Shown here piece by piece: positions 55,811 through 63,712 of a DNA stretch of 64,000 nucleotides. The notes below the pieces were generated by a model, which ran no database searches, was not told the origin of the DNA, and saw only the letters and a list, made by a program, of their open reading frames with translations. Made by a program: the position numbers and the translations under genes. How positions within the stretch are numbered: the first letter of the stretch is position 1; each line of letters starts with the position of its first letter. This DNA is from a virus (Duplodnaviria > Heunggongvirae > Uroviricota > Caudoviricetes). Where the stretch lies: the IMG/VR virus record IMGVR_UViG_3300042922_001018, one strand, 5' to 3'.

Positions 55811-56047
55811 CTACTGAGCGATAGGCTGCGCGGTCTTACGCGCGTGGACTTCGAGCGGCGATTCCGCCGGGAGTCGGGCACCGTACACCTGAGCGTAATC
55901 GGCAGCACGGTCGCGCTCCTCGCGGAGCATGTCCATGTCGTCACGCGTCGCAGGCGTATCGCGAGACTCGATGTAGTTTCGGGTGGCGATGTACGCCTCC
56001 ACAGGGTTGAGCTTTCCGCGCTTCTTCCCTACGCCTTTCAAAGACAT
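55811..56047 (-). CDS. small hypothetical protein
   Basis: AAAGGA RBS; MSLKGVGKKRG... Confidence 0.55.
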   Translation of the reverse strand: MSLKGVGKKRGKLNPVEAYIATRNYIESRDTPATRDDMDMLREERDRAADYAQVYGARLPAESPLEVHARKTAQPIAQ

Positions 56048-56104
56048 GATGAATCCTTTCTGGGGCCAGTCTAGTGGCCGTCGTCGTGCGCTGCGATGCA
56101 GCGC

Positions 56105-56180
56105 TGGTGCCCCCGACCCGAATCGAACGGGCAACCGACGGATTAGAAGGCCGTTGCTCTATCCGTTGAGCTACGGGGGC
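56105..56180 (-). tRNA. tRNA-Arg(TCT), CCA encoded
   Basis: Anticodon loop CTTCTAA. Confidence 0.92.
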
Positions 56181-56193
56181 GTAGAAGAACTTG

Positions 56194-56266
56194 TGCCGAC
56201 TGTGGGACTCGAACCCACAACCCCCGCATTACAAGTGCGGTGCGCTACCAGTTGCGCCAAGTCGGC
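56194..56266 (-). tRNA. tRNA-Thr(TGT)
   Basis: CCGCA-CTTGTAA-TGCGG. Confidence 0.95.
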
Positions 56267-56335
56267 ATGCGACGGGAGGCCTCACCCGCTTGGGGCAACC
56301 TACGCGACCGAAGCCGCCGCTCTTCGGCCGAACCG

Positions 56336-56407
56336 AGCGGATGACGAGATTCGAACTCGCGACCCTCACCTTGGCAAGGTGATGCGCTACCACTGCGCTA
56401 CATCCGC
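56336..56407 (-). tRNA. tRNA-Gly(GCC)
   Basis: TCACC-TTGCCAA-GGTGA. Confidence 0.95.
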
Positions 56408-56452
56408 GTATGCAACTACTCTAGCACGCGCTCGTTGCCCTTCACGTTACTG

Positions 56453-56528
56453 CGGAAGCGGTAGGGGTCGAACCTACAGACCTTCTCGGCACCGGATTAC
56501 GACCGGCTGCTCTCCCCAGCGCGCCTCC
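56453..56528 (-). tRNA. atypical class II tRNA: GTA (Tyr) anticodon on a Ser-like body
   Basis: GGAGGCG/CGCTTCC-G73; reduced D arm; GCCGG-TCGTAAT-CCGGT; variable hairpin. Confidence 0.6.
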
Positions 56529-56608
56529 ACGACTCTCCAACCGGTATCGGTGTCGCTTCTGACGCTGCCTGATTGAACTGCACTTCCATGAGACTCCGTG
56601 GAGTCTTG

Positions 56609-56681
56609 TGGGACCAACGGGGATTGAACCCGTGACCTTTCGATTTTCAGTCGAACGCTCTACCAACTGAGCTACAGCCCC
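56609..56681 (-). tRNA. tRNA-Phe(GAA)
   Basis: TTCGA-CTGAAAA-TCGAA. Confidence 0.95.
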
Positions 56682-56855
56682 ATCCGGCCCGCCCAGCTCA
56701 ACCGCCATGAGCTATCGGGCAGACCTTCCCGTGAACGCGGTGCTTCGCCGCAATGTCCCCGCCTGGGAGCACGAGCACTCCCACCGAGTAAGGTTGCGAG
56801 AGGGGACGGAATCCTCCCACATCCAGACCACGGACCTAAGCCCGTGACCGTAGCG

Positions 56856-56929
56856 TAGCCGAGGGGAGACTTGAACTCCCGACCTTTGCATTATCAGTGC
56901 AACGCTCTAACCAACTGAGCTACACGGCT
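56856..56929 (-). tRNA. tRNA-Ile(GAT)
   Basis: TTGCA-CTGATAA-TGCAA. Confidence 0.93.
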
Positions 56930-57058
56930 GTAGCCAGGGTAGCCTTACGGCTAGCTTCACGAGTCGCCCTGGCGCCGACTCACTACCCTTCTGACCACTC
57001 CGGGTGGGGCGCTCGCAGACTAGGCGTTTGCCTGTTCTCAGCGCTCTCATTCGAGCTG

Positions 57059-57132
57059 TTGCGGGAGGTGGATTTGAACCACCGGCCTCCAGGTTATGAG
57101 CCTGGCGGGCTACCGAGCTGCCCTACCCCGCG
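57059..57132 (-). tRNA. tRNA-fMet(CAT)
   Basis: CGCGGGG start with C1:A72 mismatch; CCAGG-CTCATAA-CCTGG. Confidence 0.9.
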
Positions 57133-57315
57133 TCAAGGTCACACGTGACCTGCTACTGTATTCGTGTCCTGAGCGCCCGGTTCATAACGCCGAGCAGGAC
57201 GTTTTCATTGCGAGGAGTCACCGAGGGCCGCAGCATTACTCGGTAACCCAGTTAGCTGGAGAGCTTACGCCGACGCACCAACTGTTCCTACGTGACCAGT
57301 GTAGCACACTAGTTG

Positions 57316-57388
57316 TGACCCCAGCGGGATTCGAACCCGCGCTAACGCCGTGAAAGGGCGCCGTCCTGGGCCGCTAAACGATGGGGCC
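57316..57388 (-). tRNA. tRNA-Glu(TTC)
   Basis: GCGCC-CTTTCAC-GGCGT. Confidence 0.95.
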
Positions 57389-57570
57389 AGGTGGTTCCCG
57401 AGCGAAGAATCCGGCTCGGGAACCAGTTCGCAGCGACCCCAGCTATCAGCCCACCCAGCGCAGTGAACCTATCCGAGACCGGCGCTCTGCCGGGCTGCTG
57501 ACATTGAGCTTATCACACCGCGAGCGAGACGACAAGCTAAGACACGCCGGAGATGCACTCCGACGCCATG

Positions 57571-57643
57571 TGACCCCAGCGGGATTCGAACCCGCGTTAC
57601 CGCCGTGAGAGGGCGACGTACTAGGCCGCTATACGATGGGGCC
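57571..57643 (-). tRNA. tRNA-Glu(CTC)
   Basis: TCGCC-CTCTCAC-GGCGG. Confidence 0.95.
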
Positions 57644-57665
57644 ATACGAACCGCAGTGCGGTCCT

Positions 57666-58172
57666 TCAGCTCCCCATGTGCGCGTCCACAAGCTCGTCAA
57701 GGAACTCGCGGAGACGGTTACGGGGAACCTTCTCGATACGAGCTGCTCCGGCCTGGAGCTGCTCGTCGAAGTGTTTCAATAGTGCCTCTGCGTCGAGGTG
57801 CAACCGACGCGCCAGCCGAGGCACGTCTTCGTTCTTCTTGTACTCGGCCGGGCCGACGGGGGTCGGCGCGCTATCGGCTGACGCAGCGCTCACGATACGG
57901 ATGCCCCGCAGTCGTGAGAGGCGGTGGTTATACCCCGCCGGTTGCAGCGCGTGTATCGCGTCATTCGTGACGAACCCTAGAAGCATCTTGTCCCGTTGAG
58001 CGGCCCAAGCGGACACCTCGTCGTAGGAGCGAGGGATGCTCAGGTATCGCATGAACTCTGCAACATCAGCGGATACGTGTCTTCCCGCGTACCCTGGGCC
58101 GGGGACGATTCGCCTCCCGTCCAGATGGCCGACGAGGAAGTAAGTCCGCTGGTGCTTAGCTGCAAGAGTCAC
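57666..58172 (-). CDS. hypothetical protein (leaderless)
   Basis: TACACT-N6-GTG; 168 aa. Confidence 0.6.
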   Translation of the reverse strand: MTLAAKHQRTYFLVGHLDGRRIVPGPGYAGRHVSADVAEFMRYLSIPRSYDEVSAWAAQRDKMLLGFVTNDAIHALQPAGYNHRLSRLRGIRIVSAASADSAPTPVGPAEYKKNEDVPRLARRLHLDAEALLKHFDEQLQAGAARIEKVPRNRLREFLDELVDAHMGS

Positions 58173-58325
58173 CGGACCAGTGTATCAAGCCTGTACAGGC
58201 GGGGACGGTACGACATTACGCATCTCCGGTTCGCGGGGCAACCCGCCTGTCAGTTCTATCCGCTTCGAGCGGTTTTCTCATGAGCCTGCGTTTACGCCTG
58301 AATCGTGAGAAAACTCGAAGCGTTG

Positions 58326-58411
58326 CGGAGGGCAAGGGATTTGAACCCTTGTGCGCTTGCACGCTCACCGTTTTCAAGACGGGCACCTTAGGCCAACTCA
58401 GTCAGCCCTCC
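58326..58411 (-). tRNA. tRNA-Ser(TGA)
   Basis: Loop CTTGAAA; long variable arm; G73. Confidence 0.92.
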
Positions 58412-58514
58412 ATGCTTGCGTCCGCGGACCCGCTCAACCCACGATGCTCTGCTGCGTTTCCGCCCTGAAGCTTGTCGTGAACGTCGCGCCCCGCGGACGC
58501 AAGTTGTGACAGTC

Positions 58515-58570
58515 TCGGCAAGAGGATTCGAACCTACTCTTGGGGTAGCTGACCCCACGGCTCCACGCCG
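58515..58570 (-). ncRNA. D-armless tRNA-like RNA
   Basis: CGGCG/TGCCG; TGGGG-TCAGCTA-CCCCA; AGG-TTCGAAT-CCT. Confidence 0.5.
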
Positions 58571-58687
58571 CTACTTTTTCTCGAATCGAACGAGACGCAA
58601 CCAGCACCGAGACTGCAAGAGATTCCAGGAGCCTCTCCACGAGAAGCGCCCTGGAACATACATCTAGGTCTCGCGAATGAGACCCTG

Positions 58688-58776
58688 CGGAGCGAGAGGG
58701 ATTTGAACCCTCGATGCCCTTGCGGGCATACCACCTTTCCAGGGTGGCGCACTAGGCCGGACTATGCGACCGCTCC
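58688..58776 (-). tRNA. tRNA-Ser(GGA)
   Basis: CCACC-CTGGAAA-GGTGG; long variable arm. Confidence 0.95.
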
Positions 58777-58946
58777 AGGCTCCGACCTCCCCGGCAGATT
58801 GAACCGCCAGTAACCCGTTGTCGGAATCACGGGGATTTTGGACCTGGCACCAGACCCAAGAAAATGAGGGGCACAAACCATGTGCCAACCCTTGTCTTTC
58901 CCATCGCTTTCTTCGCTACGCGTACGCTTCACGATGAGGGTGTCAA

Positions 58947-59005
58947 GACCGCCCCCGAATCGAACGGGGAACATCCTCCGTGAGTATGAAGCCTCTGACA
59001 GCGTC
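58947..59005 (-). ncRNA. short T-arm-containing tRNA-like fragment
   Basis: CCCCG-TTCGATT-CGGGG followed by GCGGTC, which pairs with the 5' GACGC. Confidence 0.35.
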
Positions 59006-59016
59006 ATACCCTCTAC

Positions 59017-59155
59017 CCGGTAGTGGGTGCCGGACTCGAACCGAACTCCTAAGAGCGCGCATTGTTCCTAAAACCGGCCATGTCGTGAGGAACGCCTCCC
59101 CGCGACAGGACCAGCCCAATGGTGCCGGGCGCCTGCCTGTTCTACCCTCTACCGG
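59017..59155 (-). ncRNA. enlarged tRNA-like RNA (long acceptor + T arm + ~90-nt core)
   Basis: CCGGTAGAGGGT/ACCCACTACCGG; TCGG-TTCGAGT-CCGG. Confidence 0.5.
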
Positions 59156-59199
59156 CAGCCACCGCACGGAAGAGCGACCAACCTGCGTGATGACTGTCG

Positions 59200-59272
59200 T
59201 ACCCCGACTCGGATTCGAACCGAGAACCTCCGGTGTTTGAAGCCGTCGCCTCTGCCATTGGGCTACCAGGGT
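59200..59272 (-). tRNA. tRNA-Leu(CAA), short variable arm
   Basis: Loop TTCAAAC; Leu-type D arm GCCCAATGGCAGAGGC. Confidence 0.8.
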
Positions 59273-59317
59273 GTATGAGACAACTTTACAGGATGTCTCA
59301 GTCTGTTGTCAAGTCGG

Positions 59318-59701
59318 TTACCACCAGACCCGGACGACGTACTTTCCGTGAGGAAGTTCGCCCTTGCTGATGAGGTCGGCAAGGATGTAGTCCGGCTCAG
59401 GGGCCGAACGGATGAGCTTGATTTCCTCGCTACGGTCAGCGGGCGACGCCGCGTCCAGCCATCGTTGGAGGCTGTCGAACCCGGAGTATTCGCGCTCCTC
59501 TTCGAGGTTCGCGATGAGCTGCTCCACCATGTCCTCGTCCATGTCGTAGACGACGTGTGAATCGTTGGGGAGCATATCGCCCGTCTGCTGACCGATGTAC
59601 TTCCGCCCGTAGAAGCGGGTAGCGATGGCGTCGAGAGTGTCGGGGCCGTCGTGGTCCAGCATGTCCATGATGAACACGTTCTCTTGCTGCGGTGTATGCA
59701 C
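59318..59701 (-). CDS. acidic hypothetical protein
   Basis: 127 aa ending GKYVVRVWW; TAGACT-N6-GTG. Confidence 0.7.
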   Translation of the reverse strand: MHTPQQENVFIMDMLDHDGPDTLDAIATRFYGRKYIGQQTGDMLPNDSHVVYDMDEDMVEQLIANLEEEREYSGFDSLQRWLDAASPADRSEEIKLIRSAPEPDYILADLISKGELPHGKYVVRVWW

Positions 59702-59740
59702 GCGGCTAGTCTACATCATGAAAACGACTTGCGTCAGACG

Positions 59741-59829
59741 CGGAGCGAGAGGGATTTGAACCCTCGGTTCCCTTACGGGAACACCACCTTAGCAGGGTGG
59801 CGCACTAGGCCGGACTATGCGACCGCTCC
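59741..59829 (-). tRNA. tRNA-Ser(GCT)
   Basis: CCACC-CTGCTAA-GGTGG; long variable arm. Confidence 0.95.
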
Positions 59830-59883
59830 ATTCGGCTGGATTAAGCGCCAGCCCGCTGTGTGGATTCCAACAGCAGAATCTCG

Positions 59884-59956
59884 TACCCCGCCCCGGACTC
59901 GAACCGGGAACTCCCAGATTTTAAGTCCGTTGCCTCTGCCGTTGGGCTAGCGGGGC
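59884..59956 (-). tRNA. tRNA-Leu(TAA), short variable arm
   Basis: CGGA-CTTAAAA-TCTG. Confidence 0.88.
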
Positions 59957-60406
59957 TTAGTCGCCTCCGCCACCACCTCCGCCGCCACCACCTCCACCGC
60001 CGTCGCCACCCGACGAACCTCCAGTGTCGCCGCCATAAGAACTGGGCGAGTCGTAGCTGGGGGTGTCGGAGTAACTCGGAGTATCGGACTGGGGGCGCGG
60101 GTTGTTGTCGTAGCTGCTGGTAGTAGCGAGGAAGGCGACGGATGCTGCTCCCGCCGATGCTCCCCCGTCCCCACTGTCATTGCGGCGTTCCTCGCGAAGA
60201 CGCGCGCGGGTGAGAGGAGCCTCAGCCGGTGCGGTACGCGAGACGGTTGCGACCGGGGCACTGGGCGTGATGCGAGGCATCGCTTCGGTCATTGGGGCAG
60301 CGGTTTCTGTCGTCGCGGTCTTCCGTCTGGCGCGTACGACCAGGAGGACGATGACGACGATTGCGACGAGGACAAGTGCCCCTCCGATGATGAACTCTGG
60401 CTGCAT
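59957..60406 (-). CDS. single-TM protein with a Ser/Gly-rich tail
   Basis: N-terminal TM; poly-Gly C-terminus; TAAGAT-N6-ATG. Confidence 0.7.
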   Translation of the reverse strand: MQPEFIIGGALVLVAIVVIVLLVVRARRKTATTETAAPMTEAMPRITPSAPVATVSRTAPAEAPLTRARLREERRNDSGDGGASAGAASVAFLATTSSYDNNPRPQSDTPSYSDTPSYDSPSSYGGDTGGSSGGDGGGGGGGGGGGGGD

Positions 60407-60429
60407 GGTGCTATCTTAGCACCTCTGTG

Positions 60430-60502
60430 TGCCCGCGGCCGGATTTGAACCGGCGACCTACCGATTAGGAGTCGGTCGCTCTATCCGCTGAGCTACGCAG
60501 GC
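60430..60502 (-). tRNA. tRNA-Arg(CCT)
   Basis: ACCGA-CTCCTAA-TCGGT. Confidence 0.95.
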
Positions 60503-60814
60503 TTAGCCTTTGCTGATGCGATTGTAGAACGCTTCCAGCTCGTCGGGACTGTACGTGTGCCACACATCGAAGCCGAGAGCGCCCGCGGTCTGGAACACAG
60601 CGAAGGTCGTTCCGACTGCCATCATGATGGCGATGGCACCTACCGCCATGCCGATGAGTGCGAAACCGGGGTGCGAGCGTTCGCGCCTCGCGATGAAGAG
60701 CGAGACCGTGCTGACGATGAACCCGACGAATGGGACGAAGGCCAAGGTCAACCCGACGACGCTTGTCAGGTTCGCGTCCTGAAGCTTAGGCTTCGGTGTG
60801 GCTACCGTTGTCAT
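60503..60814 (-). CDS. small membrane protein (DUF4190-like)
   Basis: Two TM helices around RRERSHPGFA; TACCCT-N6-ATG. Confidence 0.6.
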   Translation of the reverse strand: MTTVATPKPKLQDANLTSVVGLTLAFVPFVGFIVSTVSLFIARRERSHPGFALIGMAVGAIAIMMAVGTTFAVFQTAGALGFDVWHTYSPDELEAFYNRISKG

Positions 60815-60843
60815 GGGGCTAGGGTACCACATGGGTTAGCGAG

Positions 60844-60934
60844 CGGAGCGGGTGGGATTTGAACCCACGGAACGGGATGAACCGTTCACCTGATTTCGAA
60901 TCAAGCGCACTCGGCCGGACTATGCGACCGCTCC
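60844..60934 (-). tRNA. tRNA-Ser(CGA)
   Basis: CTTGA-TTCGAAA-TCAGG; long variable arm. Confidence 0.93.
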
Positions 60935-61039
60935 ATAGGGCAAGGACTCCTTAGGTAGCGACCCCAGGAGGTTGAGACTTCCGCACAGGCCTCGCCAGCC
61001 CCATGCTCCCACCCGAAGGCAGGCTCTCGAAGTTGTTTC

Positions 61040-61118
61040 CGCCCCGAGGGTGGACTTGAACCACCGACCCTCCGCACCAACTGGGGGTGTTCCGCCGTCA
61101 CGAACTTGCAGCGGGGAC
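61040..61118 (-). ncRNA. atypical tRNA-like RNA (irregular acceptor and anticodon arm)
   Basis: D arm GTTC/GAAC; T arm GGTGG-TTCAAGT-CCACC; CCCCG/CGGGG. Confidence 0.55.
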
Positions 61119-61227
61119 AGCATCCGGGAACCTCCCGGAACGCAGTTTCCTGCGCGTAGAGGTCAGTGAGTTGTTCGCAGGTTGAACGCGTATTGCCTGC
61201 GACCGCTTCTCTGCATCAGCGGTACGT

Positions 61228-61317
61228 CACGAACCGGACAGGCTACCCAGCCAGTCGTTTTACCAAGCCGTCTATGTGGCACAGGCGGGGACTCGAACCC
61301 CTTGCATCCGGTTCTCG
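61228..61317 (-). ncRNA. permuted tRNA-like RNA (YrlA-like order) abutting the tmRNA 3' end
   Basis: GAACCGGA...TCCGGTTC closing stem enclosing T arm GGGG-TTCGAGT-CCCC, a closed acceptor-like hairpin and a D-like segment. Confidence 0.55.
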
Positions 61318-61701
61318 TGGAGATGGGGGGAATCGAACCCCCGTCCATTGTCATCTTTCCAGGCCTTCTACGAGCGTATCCTCTTGTTCTTCCTGTCCGT
61401 CGCGGCGTTGGAGGCACCGGAGCGCGGGGACACCACACCCTCATACTCAGTACCGCCGAGTGTGAGACTCGGTACTGCGCCTGTGTCTTGGGTTTGATAC
61501 CGGGCCGTCCAGGTGTTCAGGCTACCTGATTGACGGTGCGGCAGACCTCATTGAGGCCGTCGCGGCTTACGCTGCGAGGGCGAGGTCGTTGCGAGTTGCG
61601 TTGGCATCTCTTGGTGGACTGGCATTGATGCGGGGTTACCAGACCAATCCCCGGCTCGCTTCTCCTCGAAGCAACTGACGATGTCGAAACCGGTCATCCC
61701 C
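61318..61701 (-). ncRNA. ssrA: tmRNA; tag peptide ANATRNDLALAA
   Basis: 5' GGGGATGACCGGTTTCGAC; 3' GGACGGGGGTTCGATTCCCCCCATCTCCA; G3:U70; internal tag ORF ending ALAA-TAA. Confidence 0.96.
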
Positions 61702-61827
61702 AGTCGTGACCTGCCGAAGCGGGTCACTGGTTGAGAAACAGGACAAGTTCGTTTACACAGGCCTCGTCACGCCTCGATACAACTCATCCCCGGCCGTTTC
61801 TCCTGACCGTTGAGGGACTTCGTTTCG

Positions 61828-61899
61828 CACGCCTGCCTGGACTCGAACCAAGAACAAAGGTACCAGAAACCTCCGTGTTGCCAATTACACCACAAGCGT
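61828..61899 (-). tRNA. tRNA-Gln(CTG), second divergent copy
   Basis: GAGGT-TTCTGGT-ACCTT. Confidence 0.85.
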
Positions 61900-61944
61900 A
61901 TAGCGCCGAAGCGCTGTCATGCATCCGATATCTCGTATCGGAAA

Positions 61945-62098
61945 CCGTTGAGCTACATCTCGTTCTCGGAGAAGCTGCGCGAACCTCTCTGGCCGATGTC
62001 ACGGACCCGAACCGTACGCCACCATCATCGACTGTCTCTTAGAACGAGCGGGCGAGGAGTTGAACCCACCGTCTCCCGAGCGTGCATCGGGTGCTCTC
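61945..62098 (-). ncRNA. circularly permuted tRNA-like RNA opened in the D loop (CAC at the anticodon position)
   Basis: GAGC-A-CCCGA-TGCACGC-TCGGG-AGAC-T arm-CGCTCGTTCT ... 74 nt ... AGAACGAGATG-TA-GCTC-AACGG. Confidence 0.65.
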
Positions 62099-62101
62099 TA
62101 G

Positions 62102-62175
62102 GGTGAATAACGGGATTCGAACCCGCGACATCCGCGACCACAACGCGGCGCTCTACCGACTGAGCTATATCCACC
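62102..62175 (-). tRNA. tRNA-His(GTG)
   Basis: G-1:C73; CCGCG-TTGTGGT-CGCGG. Confidence 0.95.
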
Positions 62176-62178
62176 ATG

Positions 62179-62276
62179 CGCCGTTGCGGCTACCTGCTCC
62201 GCGGGAGTCGAACCCAACGGACAGCGGGATTTGAACCCGTAGCGACAACAGCCTTCGCGCTGCTCGCCCCGTGGCG
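62179..62276 (-). ncRNA. RNA with two tandem T-arm hairpins
   Basis: CGGG-TTCAAAT-CCCG and GGG-TTCGACT-CCC enclosed by GCTAC/GTAGC and CGCC/GGCG. Confidence 0.5.
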
Positions 62277-62415
62277 AGTTGTTCAGCGCTGACCGAACCT
62301 GGGGTGCATGCTGCGTCAGGTTCAGAAGAAGTGAGGGACGGGCGGCATAACGCGTACTTGGAAGCGTCCGTGCACAGACTTGTATTCCGACCGCCAGAGG
62401 CCGACCCCGCCCCCG

Positions 62416-62488
62416 TGGACCCAGAGGGACTTGAACCCCCGACATCCTCGGTGTAAACGAGGCGCTCTACCAACTGAGCTATAAGTCC
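62416..62488 (-). tRNA. tRNA-Val(TAC)
   Basis: CCTCG-TTTACAC-CGAGG. Confidence 0.92.
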
Positions 62489-62571
62489 ATTCGAGTGTCC
62501 GATGCAAGCACCGTCAGACGCACTCGACGCCTGTGACCGCTTATTTCTAGGGTGCAGTTCACTATACCCCG

Positions 62572-62757
62572 TACCCTCTGCGGGACTCGAACCCGCACCT
62601 TGTATCCAGGCTTCGAAAACGCGCTTCCCTGCCGGGGGCTAAGGTTCCCCAACCTCGTACCTTCTGGGTAGCGAGGCCCGGTCCCGGTGCATCCGCAACG
62701 TTCCTGGAATGACACCCCACCGTTTTTGGGCCGCTCTTCCTTTTGAGCTAAGAAGGT
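62572..62757 (-). ncRNA. tRNA scaffold with a ~110-nt inserted domain
   Basis: Acceptor ACCTTCT/AGAGGGT-A; D arm GCTC-AAAAGGAA-GAGC; T arm GCGGG-TTCGAGT-CCCGC; insert closed by TCCAGG/CCTGGA. Confidence 0.6.
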
Positions 62758-63105
62758 ATGCAAGTGGGACTCGCCCGGCTCAGGCTTCACCCACATCCGC
62801 CGTCCCGGACCCATTTCGCACCGAACAGTGGCGGGATTCCTTCGTTTGTCGAACACGCGAAGTGTTCAGTCGCCAGACGACTGGCTGCTCTACCCCGAGC
62901 CAGGGCCGTGGTTCTTGCGGTGCCACGGTACCGTCGGGGCGCCAACCCCTGCTCCTGGCGAATCAGGCATGATGTGAGCGTACAGCATTCATAGCGAGTA
63001 CGCAAGTGGCAAGGCCCGTTAGCCCTCGGGTAGCGAGACGCGTCCCGCCGACTTGCGGAAGCAACGCCGCGCATCTTTTGCTGAGTTGCCCCTCAGCGAG
63101 CCTTG

Positions 63106-63177
63106 CTCCCCCGACTGGATTCGAACCAGTGACGCATCGGTTAACAGCCGAACGCTCTGCCGCTGAGCTACAGGGGA
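63106..63177 (-). tRNA. tRNA-Asn(GTT)
   Basis: TCGG-CTGTTAA-CCGA. Confidence 0.94.
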
Positions 63178-63402
63178 ATAGTGGTGGACGACCCTCACGC
63201 CGCCCGGCCTCACACCGGGACTGAGGCTTGCTTCGCAAGCTGCCTCTCTTCAACGTTGGGCTACGGTCTAGGGGTCGCCCGGTGACGGCTGTTTGTGTCA
63301 TAGGGGCCGTCGGTCCCCATCTCGGGAGAGTCTAGAATCTCCGAGCACGGCGCGTACGCGACGCTGTGTTACAAGCGCCACGGTTTGTATGCCGTCGTAC
63401 AG

Positions 63403-63475
63403 TGGACCTGAGGGGAATCGAACCCCTGACCTCCTCGATGCGAACGAGGCGCGCTACCAACTGCGCTACAGGCCC
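63403..63475 (-). tRNA. tRNA-Ala(CGC)
   Basis: G3:U70; CCTCG-TTCGCAT-CGAGG. Confidence 0.94.
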
Positions 63476-63629
63476 GTATGGGCCGACCCGTTGACTGCCC
63501 TCCGGTTTACACACCGGTTCGTGTGGCTGCCCTCCCTCAGTCGCGCGTACGGGTCAAGCCGCGCGGGTGTTCTTTCCTACAGCCGAGGGGAGCGCGAGGC
63601 GCTCTTGCTTCCGCTCCGAGGAGCGGCAG

Positions 63630-63712
63630 TGCCGGACACGGGACTCGAACCCGCACGAGCTAATGCTCACTGCGACCTGAACGCAGCGCGTCTACCATTC
63701 CGCCAATCCGGC
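63630..63712 (-). tRNA. tRNA-Leu(CAG)
   Basis: CTGCG-TTCAGGT-CGCAG; long variable arm. Confidence 0.95.

Noticed and set aside
60935-61035. SRP (4.5S) RNA
   Set aside because: Lacks the conserved helix-8 CAGG...GGAA...AGCAG motif
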